Shown one piece after another: positions 14,223 through 29,273 of a DNA stretch of 64,000 bases. Location: NCBI RefSeq assembly GCF_009914755.1, contig NC_060926.1. The stretch is one strand, 5' to 3'. Under the pieces are notes generated by a model. It saw nothing but the letters and a program-made list of their open reading frames with translations, made no database searches and was not told the DNA's origin. Numbering within the stretch: the stretch's first letter is position 1; every line of letters starts with the position of its first letter. The DNA is from the human T2T-CHM13v2.0 reference genome, Homo sapiens. The translations under genes were made by a program, and so were the position numbers.

Positions 14223-15062
14223 AGAGGACAGCAGTGTGTGGCCCAGAAGGGAATGCCCCCTGGTGGCTTGCTAAGCCTGGAACACATCTAACACCATTGA
14301 CTCCAGCCCCATCTCTGTAACTTTTTTGGGAGTAGAATAGGAACCCATTCTTTGCCAGTTGGGCAGCAGCTCTTTACCAAGGGACCAAGATGAGCAGGCT
14401 GTTCCTTTTGTCAGTGCAACATTTGCAAGAGGAGTGCTGTGGGAGGAGATAAAAATTGACTTCCAAATGGCCAGCAAAATTTCAGAGACATTTTTGGGAC
14501 TGGCTTTTAGGTTCAGACTTAATAAGTAAAACAGCAGATACTTAAGATTTTGATTTCCCTGTGGGTTAAGATAGTTCATAGTGGGGATGGCCAACATTGC
14601 TACAGCAAGCTGGAATCCACTTCCTCAATGTACTGGGGCATTATGGAAAATAATGATCTCTGAGGGAGAGAAATGATTCCACATCTTTGGGAACAATATC
14701 TAGATATATTAAGAAATGACCTCAGATGAAAAACAAATATAAAAACATTTTGGCAAATCAGAAGGTGCACATTATATGGCATTCATGATGTTTTATATAG
14801 TATATGTGTGTTGGGAAAGAAAAGAAGAGTCTAATAAATGAAGACAAACAGGAAACCCTTCCTAAACTCTCTTCCCAAATACTTCTTAGTCACGTTGTAC
14901 AGGTCGAAGGTTCTGGGAAGAAACAGCTAGTGCTCTGACCTGCATTCTGCAAATATAACGTTTCCTGTTTTGTAGGAACTTGGGGCTGAAAAATGCATAA
15001 ACCAATTGATTTAAACTCTTAAACCCATAATATTCACAAACCTCAAGGACTGCTGGTCAAAG

Positions 15063-15063
<1 letters not shown>

Positions 15064-15117
<54 letters not shown>

Positions 15118-15125
15118 CTGTGTAT

Positions 15126-15159
<34 letters not shown>
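15064..15159. repeat. Compound (CT)n-(GT)n-(GA)n microsatellite
   Basis: Directly visible in the sequence. Confidence 0.95.
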
Positions 15160-15164
<5 letters not shown>

Positions 15165-16189
15165 CTATTGCAGATGTTCTTGGAGTATCACATTACATCT
15201 AATTTCCAGATAGTCTCCAGATAACTGAATAATTGATTCATGTGAATCTTAAATACATCAATATTCTGTAGTTTCTCAAACCTTTTATTTTGCTTTTTTT
15301 TTTTTTCAACTCTGAGTGAATTAGGTTTAGTTGGAGAAAACCGTTTATGTTATGTACTTCTAAAATATGATGAGGTGAAGCATGAAGCATGGTTCTCCTT
15401 GGAATGATGTTTACATTAATAAGGCTTTTTATCTCACAACGACATAGATAATATAAAATTAAAATCAACTGCTGATCTCAGGGAGCAAACAGATTTTTAT
15501 GATAAGGATTGTATAGCCACCTTTACATCTTTTTCTTTCCTTTTAAATAAATGATGAAAGCTCCAGTGCTGTCATAAAATCACATTTATTTGTAGTGATA
15601 GGGATGAACTAATCACTGTTTCATCACCGTGATCAGCGGTCACATACACACAATGGAACCTGACATGCTGGCAGCCTCAGCTCATTACAGCTTTCCAACC
15701 AACCTCCAAGCTTATGGCTGGAAGTCAAATGGGGTGGGCAGGTTCCAAGTAGGAAAGAAAAATAATTGGCTTTGGAGATAAAGGGATTATTTAAATTTCC
15801 ATATGAAATTTCCACAATTTCTTGGCTTCAAATTGAGAGGGAGTTACACTAAGATGCCTGTGTTTCAATTTTAAAATTAAAAGCATTCAAAGAAGTGGAG
15901 AAAATTATTATAGACAACAACCATTTCAATAACATTTCTCTGTCTTCATGTTGTTTATCACACTATTAATTACCTGCTAATTAAAAACAAAACAACTGGA
16001 AAATTCTAGCAACAGAATTTTTCATCAGGAAGGCTTTTGGTTTAATAATTTTTTTCTTATCCTTACAATATCAAGTTGTTCCCCTCCCCCCCATAAGGAT
16101 TGATTAGTTTAAAAGATTGGTGTTTGATCGGAATGCAAACATCAGTGGGACAAAGTGGGACTTTTCTGGTACTATGTAGTTTTTGGAGA

Positions 16190-16440
16190 CCAAGGCCTCT
16201 GAGTCAGACAGACCTAGGATTACATTTAAGCTATCTCTCCTTTGAGCCAAATTTGAATCTCAATTTATCTTTCCACTTCGTGATCTTGGGCAGGTTACTT
16301 AATCTTTCAAAGCCTCAGTTTCCTCATCTGCAAAATGGTGATAATGAAACCACCACGAAGACCTGTTGTGAGGGGAAAATAGGATCGTGTGTGTAAAGAG
16401 CTTACATAACAGAGAGCCTAGCATATAGATTCATAGTAGC
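16190..16440 (+). mobile_element. MIR SINE
   Basis: gtgatcttgggcaggttacttaatctttcaaagcctcagtttcctcatctgcaaaatgg is the MIR core. Confidence 0.8.
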
Positions 16441-19400
16441 TGTTTTTTAACAAAATTATTTTTGCACTATTTTCTTTTGTGACTATTAGCATTTGGCAGT
16501 GTGCTTACCGCATTACTAAATTTTGTCTTGATAGAGCAGTCCCTGAGCGATGGTTGAGACCTCACAGTGTAGATAGACCTGTTGAAGTGTTGGGTGTTGC
16601 TGACTTTGATTTGCACCCCTGGACACCACATTCAGCACCTGGATAGCTTTAGCAGCAATGGCAAAAGATGAATTCCATTTCAATCAACGCTATCCACAAC
16701 CTTGATTTGGGGTTTTTGAATAAAAATAGGGTTTTATGCTTGAGGATATAGCACATTTTGAGCTGCTGAGTGAGACTTGCACTTGGCATGTGTGGGTGCC
16801 CTGGTGAAAACTCAGGGAGCTTTGCATTTCATTATATTTTTAATAATGCTTGGCAAGTAGCAGAATTAAACTTGTGAATCATTTGAACAACCACTTTTCT
16901 TAATGGAGATGAGCCTCTTTATCTTTTAGGAGTCAATACTCTGTGGTTCTAAATTAGAGTCCTCGATGTGATTGTATTCCTCTCAAACAGTATTAAGAAC
17001 TTATTTTATAATGGAGAGGTTCATAATGAAAGCAGTCTGGGGAACGAGGCATCCTAGGCTCTTGATGGTGCTGGGTTGAAGGACAGGAGGAGCTGGTGAG
17101 GATGTGGCCAGGACCTGTTCCCTGGTGTGGGGGTAGTAGGGAGGATACTAACCTTTTTTTACTGTGTACTAGATGCTTTGTACACATTGTTTCATTTAGT
17201 CTTCTCGGTACACCTTTAAGGCAGGTATTGTCATGCCCATTTCAAAGGTGCAGAGAGATGATTTATCCAAGATTACATAGTGAATAGAAAAGCAGTAATA
17301 AAAGGAGGAAATATCAGTTTTGGTTACCCAGTATATTTTGTGAAAATCCATCAAGATGTATATTTATAATTTGTGTACTTTTCTGTATATATGCTCACTT
17401 CAATAAAAAGTTACTTATAAAAACAAACAGATCTGCCTGACAAAGTCTATGCTCTTTTCTATCATACTACCACCAAAAAAGTATGATGCATGGAACTCCA
17501 AGTGCTTTACAAGGAATTTCCTCTGTCAGTCACAGCTAGGCGTGGCGAGAAATAGTGCTACTCTTATTAACTAGACCTGATTTTGAAAGACTTGAATATT
17601 TCCAAGGGAAGATACACTTAGAGAAGTATAGTTTCCTAAAACTGCAGATGTCTATGTGTTAGACTTAGAAGATTATTCCAAAATCGTGTTCTGAAAATGC
17701 ATTTAGCTTGTTGCAGAGTTGTTCATAGTAATGTAAAATTGGAAAAAAATAGAAATATCCATCAAAGAGGGATTCAACAAATAAATACTATGTGACTTAA
17801 AACTTACCTATTTTGAATGATGCCTCTGATATAGTGTGGAGTGAAAACTGGTTTTCGAACTGCAGATATAGTATGATGGTATTTTTGTAGTTGTTTTTTC
17901 TTTATGTAACATATTCATATAAATAAATGGCTGGAAAGATATTTGCCAAAATATTAATAGTGATACCTCTGCATTTTTGTGATACTGGTTGAATTTTACT
18001 TTCCATTTTATGTCCTTCTGTATGGTTGGTTTTATATAGACATTGCTTTCCTACAATTCTATAAATAAAATTTTAATTTTTAATAAAACAGTACCTTTAA
18101 TCAAAGGCTGCATCCCAAATTAAGTATATCCCTTCTCAAGGTGTCTACTGTAAAGGAGGAAGAATTCATTTTAGTGTATGAGTTTCGATACATCAAAATA
18201 ATATTAAATTATAGTCAAATCATAGAAAAGAATTTTCAGGAATAAAAAGTGCCATTTAATAAGATCAAATACATGCAATTACCAGACTGCTTGGCTTCTG
18301 TAAACATTTTTAAAAAATCATTTTGAGGGATATAGTTTATAAAAGTAACAATTATAATAAACAATTTTAATTATATTAATAAATATAATTAAGAACTACT
18401 TTAATTATATTCTATATAAGCAAGTTGCTCTATCTACCTGTACCAGATATCATAGCAATCTAAAAGATAGCTGTTTTACTTATCCAAATATGTGTCTTAT
18501 ATAGATAGGTCAGTTTGAAAAATTCTCCGTTCTTTTTAGATTTTAGTATAAAGACATATGATTGCTTTATTTTATTTTATTCTATTTCATTCCATTTTAG
18601 CGATTCCTTCAATCAGGCTGAAGACAGAATTAAAATTATGCACATTAAATACTCATGCAAAAACAGATTATAGAGCAGGATATGACTTTCATTTTTGTCT
18701 TTTTCTTAAAGATTTCCAAGGAACTAACCTAAGAGAATCCTGAGTACATCTTACTGTGGGTGTCATTGATATATACTGTTTCATTGCCTATAACCCCCAA
18801 CAGGAATCATGAGCTCTAGCTGAGTTCATATAATTACTACCCCCTGAACACTTAGCAGTCCTGCCATTTGCTCCTTCTGGATAAGCAGGTTCCCTATTCT
18901 GGCTACTCTCCTGTATTCTTGTGTGACTTTATCCATCAGAGACCAACTCAAGCTTTTGGGGCATAGCCAACGCTCCCCTCCAAATGTGTATACCTATGAA
19001 AAGGGACAACATGACCTGACAAAATTCTCTTTCTGATTTGTGAGTTGATACATATGAAAAGTCTTAGAGCATATAAAAAGAAATCAAATATTTAAATTTG
19101 ATGTATCTCATTATTAAAAAATATATGAAGAATCAGGATGTTATTATCTGGAAACATCTGTTTGGTTTCTGTATAGTACCAGTAAAGTTGATTTTTATAT
19201 TGTATGTTTTACATACTTTGAGGTAGAAAATTATCTTTAGGTTAACTATGCCTGACAGACATCATCTCTTTTACTTAGGCAAGGCATTTCATTTGTGGAG
19301 GAAGAAGTACTTTGCTTGACAGAGAAGAAGAGACCGCGAGGAGCCTGGTGTAGTTGGAAGAAAGTAGTTTTGGCACTGAGGGACGAGAAAGCTGAGAGAG

Positions 19401-21305
19401 GATGGGAGAGTGGGTTCAGCCAAGCTAGCCCCCTGCCTCCTCTACCCAGGACACACACACTCAGAATTTTAAGTACAATCATGGAGTTTAATTATGTGTG
19501 GATTTCTCAGGAAATTGGGAAAGGTTCTGAATTCTCTGTTTTGCAAGCAGGGAAACCTTTGAGAATAGAGGTAGCCCAGGCAAACAGAGTAGGAAAGAGA
19601 TGGCATTTTTTGTTGCAGGAATTCCGTCGATGCACGGGGACAGAGGGGCTTTGCGCTGTCTTGGGCTGTGGAATTGGAGACAGGCCATGTTTAAACTGAT
19701 CTCTAAAGGTGTCAGGTTGGCAGGGCAGCGCAAGGTTATCTGGCTGCATGAGGTTATCTGACTGCACATACTGTTATGGGCCTGGGATGTCCCCTCCCTG
19801 TGTACAAATGCAGGAGCCACAGGTGCTGCTGACAGCTCACAAGCTTCTGATACCCTACTGAATTCGAGTCCTTTGAAAAAGACCACTAGTTGGCTCTTCT
19901 CACTTCTTTTTCATTAAAAATGAAGAAATCAGAAACGACCATTCACTTAAAATGTGGAGAAACAAAACCTTTGATAGTCTGTCCATTCATTTCCTGCCAT
20001 CTTCACCGCTGAAAAATGTACTAACTTTAAGTGACTACGGTAATGGGCAGTGGAACCCAATTCAAAATTCAGCAGAAAATTTATGATCTAATTTTGATAG
20101 AGATATGTGAATTATCAGTGAGTTGAAGTTGTCTCTGTGTTAAGTCATTACAGATGTTAAATTTAGCAAAGACATATAAACTCCTGGGTGTGGAGAGTGC
20201 TGAATGTTGTAGTGTTAAACACAAATGTACTGCTTGTTGAATTGGTCTCAGATGAATTTTCCTGCTGAGCTGACACAGTACCTCTGGCCGAGTTGGAACA
20301 TTTCAGTCCTACAGTTCACCATCGTGCTGTCAATTTGTCCATGAAGATAGTTTATGGGAATGCATTGACACACATGTACATGCTGTTGGAATCTTGATGG
20401 ATTTCTTTCTTTCCTTCCTTTCCACTGCCCCAAACTTTTCTATAGAACTTTTTGATTAGCATAGTTCAAATTTATGTTTTGAAAATAATTAGGTTCAATT
20501 AATCAGAGCTTTCTACCTTTATATCACTGTTTGTTTAAAGAAATAATGTTGATTTTTTTTGTTATAAAATAGTGGTAGATGTCATCCCTTGAGGTGACTT
20601 GAAAAATGCCACCTTCCTTTAAAGTACCATTAAGTAAAATGAACATAAGGAATGTTAATCGGATTGTCTCAGGATCAATGCACTGATATTGATGTGTTAA
20701 ATATTGTGGTTATTAGCTGAAAGTATTTATTAACCCTAATAAGCCAGCAACTCTATGGAACTTTCTATTTAACTTTTCTCATAAGCTACTTTGGGGGTAA
20801 ACAAATCCCAATTGGAAGTAAGGACTGCAAATCAACCCAGCCAAGTGTAATGATTAGCAATGGAAATATCCCATTGTGGAATTCTAGTTCCATATGCTCG
20901 TGAAAAAAAGATTACAGATAATTATAATTAGGAACTCAGTGTGTGGGAGTGAAAGTAATGATTACTGAAAGCCACTGATCATGGTGGGAGTAGGGGTGTG
21001 TTATAAAGATGTGAACATTTTATCTAAAGCGTGCACTCTGTTAATTAGTAACTTTCAATACATTTATATCTTACCGATACAATTTCTATTGTTTCTTGAA
21101 CACTAGGAAATGCTTGAGGTGTGAATATTGTTTTCCAGTGTGATTTGTACTACCTACACATTATAAAGGGATGTTAACCGTTCGAATCCTCTTTAACGGC
21201 CCCCAGCAGTGAAGGAGGGTGGGCAGGGAGAGGAACAGCTGTTGCCTAAGAGGGGAAGGAAGGGAGGGAAGGGGAACTAGAGAAGCTGGCTTCATTGGTA
21301 TATGA

Positions 21306-21674
<369 letters not shown>

Positions 21675-22451
21675 GCAAATGTATTATAAGGGTCAATAGG
21701 TACGTTGATTCTTACTTTTTCCTCCATACACATTACACAATACTGAGAAGAAATGTATTCCATCCTGTCTAGCACGGCAGTGGTTGGACTTTAATAAATG
21801 ACGGCTCCCTTCCTCTTCATCTGAGTACATTGAACTGCTACAATTCATTAGTCAGAAATTTGAATTGTTTAGGACATGGTAAGATTCTGGAGCCTAATTC
21901 CAGGAAATAAAGTGAAATTCAAAGGAAGCCCCAGACTGCTCCAAATCTGCCCTTCAAATTATTTGTCTCATTTACACGTTATTTTTTTGAAATGGCAAAG
22001 ATTATCCTTTCTGATAAATTTTGTGCATTAAAAGACAAGTTTTATCTATTCTAGGGGAGCTCCAAATTTATACAAGACAATTGTGATAAATTTTTTCTTA
22101 AAGGAAGAAATCCTTTATTATGCAAATAAAGCTTCTTTATTAACTTCTGTATATTTGAATGGAGGTTGGACTTTTCTCAGTTACCTACAATTTATACGTA
22201 ACTCAATTATATATACTTCTCTAGAACTGCTTATGTAAAATAATATTTCTTAACACATTTAAAGTGGTGACTCCCTATTATATTGCAATACCCTTCCTCT
22301 TTTTTTCTGAACTAACAATGGAATTAAAATTCAAGTGCTGAAAAAACACGGTTTCAGTATCCTTATATTCTTAACATGGAGCCATCATATAATTAAATGC
22401 AATGTCTAGTTTTTTTCATAAGTGTATGAAGTTGAATATTCTGATTTGGTG

Positions 22452-22820
22452 CAGTGTTTTCAAATTTTCCTGACCATAAGAATCACTTGGGGGTGAGCCT
22501 AGGGTATCATTTGTTAAAAAAAATAAATTCCTGGCCTCCCCCCTTTAACCTACTGAATCAGATGTGTAGAACCTGGGAATATACTAAGTCAATGAGCTAT
22601 CTCAGGTGATTCTTATAATCAGGTAAGTTTGGGACCAATGATGTAATGCAGTAAAACTTAAGGGTGTATCAGAATCACCCTTGTCTTATTAAAACCCAAA
22701 ATTTCTGAACCCCACCCCCAGATCCAGTGGGTGTAGAGTCTGAAAGTCTGCAATTTTTAACAAGGTCCTTGGTGATGCTGTTGCTGGCAGTCCAAAGATC
22801 ACACTGTGGGGACCACTGAT
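22452..22820. mobile_element. Two adjacent MER5-family hAT fossils (MER5B-like, then MER5A-like)
   Basis: cagtgttttcaaa...cataagaatcacttggg...cctactgaatcag...ggtgattcttat, then atcagaatcacc...cccacccccaga...ggtgatgctg...accactg. Confidence 0.7.
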
Positions 22821-25800
22821 GTAGTGGAAAGAATGTAGTCTTGAGATGAGACACATCTGGGTTCCAGTCTCATTTAATAGCTGGAAATTTTTTAGTATAG
22901 TTACTTAATACTATACTAAGTACTTAATACTATACTTTACTGAGTTTTTTCCTCTTTATTTTCAATTTTTTAAAATATCCTTAAATAAATTTATACACTC
23001 ATACATATATATTATGCTTGGGTTTAAATGCTACCTTGAATAAATATGGAGCACAGATGGAAACCGAGAAGAAGGAGGCAGAAATGAGAGCAAGGAGGAG
23101 GCTGATAAGTAGGTTCAAGGGAGAGTGAGTGGTCTGCACAGTAATAACTGTGTCCTAGAATAACCAGAACCCAGCAAAACAACATAATCAGAAGCAAACT
23201 CAAAGTGAATGTATTAAAAGTCAAGCTAACTGTTTACTTTGCAAGGAGAAGAGAAAGGTCACTTGGCTGTACAAGTATGATAGCATTGATTAATTTGAAT
23301 GCTTTGTCTGAATCATTACTGTTGAGATTCTGAAAGTTCAGATACTGAAAAGAGGAAAATAATGTTGACATGGAGAAACCAATCATGTGAGAGCTGTTTT
23401 TCATGTCAGTGAGGATAAAATGATTGCTACCTGCTCTTTTTACACACATGACTAATGACATATTTGTAAACTTAGTTTTCTAAGAAAGAAACATAGCCAT
23501 CATATTTAGGGTTCATACCATTATTTAAATTTGTATACTGTGTTCCATCAGCTTTTCATGGGAAGTATTTTTATCCTCTCTGATGATTTGAAATAGAAAA
23601 GCCAATTTGGGTGTAAAATCCAATGTTCAGGCAGAAGCCTTATGTGGAGATAGTGTTCCCACAGAATTGAACTCCTGGAGTACTGGTTAAGAGCAAGTGC
23701 TCCAGGAGTCAGATATCTGGGTTCCAATCTTGCTTTCACCTCTTAGGGCCCGTTCTGTTGCCATAGGAATGTTCAATAAGCTAGTAATCATTATAGTACA
23801 TAGCTATGGGATTTCTACAAACTTTTATTCAACAAGTATTTATTGACTGCTTGAGAGGTGCCAGGCATGGTGGCAGGTACTGGGGATATCCACTCTCAGG
23901 GAGCTCTGGGAGACAGGCAAGAAACCTGTGAATAAGAAAGTTCATATAATAATAGTAGGTGTTAAGGATGGAGCAATTAACAAAACTAAAACATAAGTCC
24001 CTAGTCCTCCAAGTTCCATTATAGTGCCTTATATCCTAGTTTGTTTACCTTCCATAAGCTCATCAAAAGTCAAATGTGACTTAGATTTACTGACTAGGTT
24101 ACTATTTTATTCATCAGATTGAGCTCCTTAATTCAGGGATTTAACAGAGGTTAGTTTGCAACTTAAAAAAATCTTCATTTCTATCCTGTCTTAGGCATTA
24201 ATAGATTTTGTCCATATTACCAGTGCAAATAACAGTGAACTTTATGTTTTTATTCTCTATTTGATATGCTTGTAATTTAAGGCTTAGCCACAATTAAAAT
24301 GTTCACTTTATAATCTATTAGAAATTCTATATAATTTAATAATTTTCATTTTGTTGAGGTCAAATTTAACTACAAAATCTAGGAAGCTATTGATTCCCAC
24401 TAACCGCACCATTGTTATAGTCTTAGTATGTTTGAAAATTTAAGTAAAATTTGTTTCCAGGGCCAAAAGGAGAGTACTATTTTAGTTTTGTGGAACTTTG
24501 CCAAAATTGTATTAATTATTAACTGTGATTCATTTATGACTGTACTTCTTCTATAGGATTTTAACTAATTTAAAGCAAAGACTGAATGAAAGTCTTTATG
24601 TTTTGCAGACAAGAGAGCACCCATTTATCCTCAGCAAATGAATTGTTGGAGCAAATAATTTCAGTGGACCGTTTGGTATAGGGAAGCTTATGGAGACAGA
24701 AGCTTGTGGAGACAGAAAATTCAAGGGATTAGGATTTTTGAAATGCAGAATAAGACTGAGGGGCAGCCAAGATTTATGTAGTCTTCAAGAACATAGACTA
24801 TGCAAATACACAAACCTACATTCTGTAGACTGCATTGTAGGGAATAATGGACACACTCAACATCCTCTAAGATTAGGATAGAGAGAAAAGCTCCACTCTA
24901 TTTGAAGGAAGGGAAATTTTTAGCAAATCAGAATAATATTAATCTAAGTTTTTCATTTTCTTTGGTGGTAGTCCTTTCTGGATTGGTTTAGTTGCCACCT
25001 TGCCAGAATACTTTAGGAAACTTCTTTAAAAAAACTTCTTTAGTCCAAGGGGTACTCTCAATCCAGGATGAGTAAGGCTTTCAACTTTCCAGACCAAATA
25101 AATAAGTCAGAAAGCTTTTCAAGTCTAAATAACTTAATTCTTCTTACAGAATTCTCTCCACCAATTGCTTGATAAATGTCAATTCAATGAAATGACATGC
25201 ACATTCAGAATCATGGTAAATTTTTGTTTTCCATATCCTTCAGAATCATTTTTTAAACTTTCCCAAATCTTTGGCTTATCAATGATGCATTATTCTGTCA
25301 CCCTATTAATGTATGTTTCCTTTGTCATTCATAAAACGGTTGTATTGTTTGGCCTTATGGAAGGATGTTGATTAAGTGCCTGTGAATGTTTGCTTTATTG
25401 GCATTGAGAAAGAAGAGAAAATGATTTGTTTTGCCAACAATGAATTATTGCATCTGTTTGTGGCTGTTAAATAATTTAATAGAACTTAAAGGGCCTATTT
25501 TCCCTTGATTAAACTACAGGAAAATATCAGTCTCTGCCTCACCTTGGATACAAAGTTAGATGTAAAACATGTTTTTAATTTGCCTTTTGCCAGTTTAGGT
25601 GTTGATAAGACACTGAGGGATTTTTATATTATGCCATTTTTACATTTAAGTTGAATATCTCTTTAAGCTTGAGACAAGGAAAAAGTGTTATGAACAATTT
25701 TATTTCTAAATAGCTTGTTCACTTTTATTATATAATATTAGTAATCGTGTCAAATTCCTAATTATACCAAATATCAAGGGTTACAAATTATTATTACTGA

Positions 25801-25869
25801 AAATTTCAAGGAATATAATTTATTTAGTGGAAATCCTGAGATTACCAATACCACTATTTTCCCTCTCCT

Positions 25870-26835
25870 TTGTTAGCTTTTCTCCTAACCAAGCTCAAAA
25901 TGTTCTGCACTTTCAAAGGTCACTGCTAAGTACTCTTCTCTTTTTATTCTGCCTTCTTTCCTTAAGTTATCTCATTCAGCCCCATGATTTTGAAAACCAC
26001 TAATAACCTGACAGTTCCTAAATCCCAAATTTTTACCTTGAACTCAGGGTTTATCTTAGGATCTAGTTCCTTATTTACAATTGTATTCTTAATACTCTAG
26101 AGCCACTTACAAATCTGTTCCTTCTATAGACTTCTCTGTTTCTACAAGCAGCTCCTCCAGCCTCTCAGTTGCCCAAACCAGAGATCTGGGGATCCCTCTC
26201 TCCCTCTCCCCATTGCTCCCAACCCAGTTCATCAGTAGCTCCTCAAATAAATCCACTTTTCTCTTGTTCTCACCTTAGTTCAGTATACTGGGAACTCTCT
26301 TGCAATCACCAAGTGGTTACTCCATTAATTTGTATCTCCAAATCCATTCTCTAGCAGCTAGATATATTTTTTCTTTTGAAAATGTAAGAACTTTCACTTC
26401 TTTGCCTTAAAACCTCCATAGAATAAATTCCAGATTTATAAAAAATGGCTTTTACAGCCCCCTGCCACAGCTTCATTTCATTTCCTCCCTCCTCTCCTAT
26501 GCATTTGCTGTAGGGGCCTGTGTTAGTGGAGTCTCCTCAGGATCTTCCCGTGCTGTTTCTTCTGCATGGAATATTTTTCCCACACTATTTGCCTGGCAAT
26601 TTGCCTAGCTTGTGTTAGTTCCTCAGGGGATGCGTAGTACCCCACTCCAGTCTAAATTAGTTCCCCTCTACCTAAAATACTCCATATTTTCTTTCAGAGC
26701 AGTTCTTATCATTTTAAATTACATGTTTGTGTGATTATCCTTTAATATATCTTTCTCCTACAGGTGCCATTACAGTATATGCACTATATATCCAGCTCAG
26801 TGCTTGACACTAAATTGGGACTCCATAAATATATG
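25870..26835 (+). mobile_element. Degraded L2 3' region
   Basis: gcccaaaccagagatctggg, tccattctc, tttcttctgcatggaat, and a terminal ctccataaatatatgttgaa typical of L2. Confidence 0.6.
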
Positions 26836-26903
26836 TTGAAGAACTTCAAATATTCCAAAATATGAAGAATTTTCCATACCATGTCCTCTTTTTTGTGGCC
26901 CTC

Positions 26904-27219
<316 letters not shown>

Positions 27220-28519
27220 TGAGCGGCATTTTTGCCAAGTAATATAGCACTGTTGGGAAGAGATAATTAGTGTAAGTAACAGTTCTTTTTTTTCAACATT
27301 CAGTGAGGGAAAATATCAATAATGGTAAAACTTGTATTCCTTCCCGTAGTGAAGGGTGAGAAAATACACTTGGAACTAGAAAAGCATAGTAGTAAAATGT
27401 AGAGGTAGTATAAACTTAAAGGAAAAAAATTTCACCAGGACTAGAAATACCTGGGTTTGGCATCTGACTCTGCCACTGATTTATGTTTTTGGCATGTTGT
27501 TCAGTCTCCTGTGTCTTGCATTTTCTCATCTCAAATCTTCAGAGATGTCAACAGAAAACAAATGTGGAAACCCTTTGAAAAAATTAAAACTTCTTAGAAA
27601 GGTGAGATGCTCTTACCCTCCTTATTTTGATTTTCATTTTTGAACACAAAGTGGTTTTACTTGGAGGTTCTTAAAGTAATAATGAACACAGTCATTCTCA
27701 TAGATAAGACTAGCTGTCACTTTCTCTCAATTCATGCAAGTGTTATTAAGAAACCACCTAGGGATGATAATATGAAATTAAGTGTAGTGAATTCATTATG
27801 GATTGCCTTTCTCATTTTTTACAAGGTTTCCTGATAGCAAAGCTAATAAAGTATAAATATGTTGAGGTGTCAAGTATTTTTTTTAAAGAGATTAATTAGA
27901 GCTCAGTCCCTAAGCTATTTGTAAATTACTATACTTTTTCATTGTAAAGTGTTTAGTGGAAATGCTGTTTTAATAAAATGATTATAGATTATAAATGGTT
28001 TCATTAAGTACTTTATTTCCCTGTCACTATACCAGTTCTACAGAAATAAATGACTTTAACGTTCTTTTTGCTGATAATTTAAATGAGATCTAAAAGATGA
28101 AACATTATTTTGAAACAAATTTAATTTAATTGACCCTGCATGGCTTGGAATCTTTGCTGCCCATGATCCTTTTATGATTAAATACTAAAGAAGAAAGTGT
28201 AATGTGAATATTTTTCTTTTATTTCTACATCATGGGATTCACACTTCCTGAGGTGAAATATCTTATTCTTTTCAGATAATATTAGTAGATGTATTAGAAA
28301 TTTATCCTCTCAGGGGTTGTGCTGGTCAGTTTCATCAACAAATGGAATTCAAGATCCCTTAGTAAAACGAATGAACTTATGTAACAACCACACCCTACAC
28401 ACAATTCAAATGTGTGTTAAATATCTTTGTGTTCAGACAAATTGATAGCCTAGAGATCAGTATGTGCTAGCTTATAGTCCTGCAAACAAGTGTGATGTTT
28501 ATTCCATTTAAAAATTGCC

Positions 28520-28855
<336 letters not shown>

Positions 28856-28984
28856 CTAGATAAGCAAACATAACTACTCAAATTTCATAAGATTTTGTAA
28901 ACTTCTCTCAGTGCCAAGAAAGTAAGCCACCTGGCAGTTTTTTTTTTTTTTTAAAGTGAACCAACACACAAGGATATGCACCAG

Positions 28985-29273
28985 AGCTGGGCACGGTGGC
29001 TCATGCCTGTAATCCCAGCACTTTGGGAGACTGAGGCGGGAGGATCACTTGAGCCCAGGAGTTTGAAAACAGCTTGGACAACATGGCAAGAACCTGTCTC
29101 TACAGAGATAAAGAAACAGCCTGGAGTGGTGGTGCATGCCTATACTCTCAGCCACTTGGGAGGCTGAGGCGAGAGGATTGCTTGAGCCCAGGATTTCACG
29201 GCTGCAGTAAGCCATGATCCCACCATTGCACTCCAGCCTGAGTGACAGAGCAAGACCCTGACCAAAATAAAAA
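28985..29273 (+). mobile_element. AluJ
   Basis: ggatcacttgagcccaggag...ggctgcagtaagccatgat. TSD-like atatgcac(c/t)aga. Confidence 0.88.
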
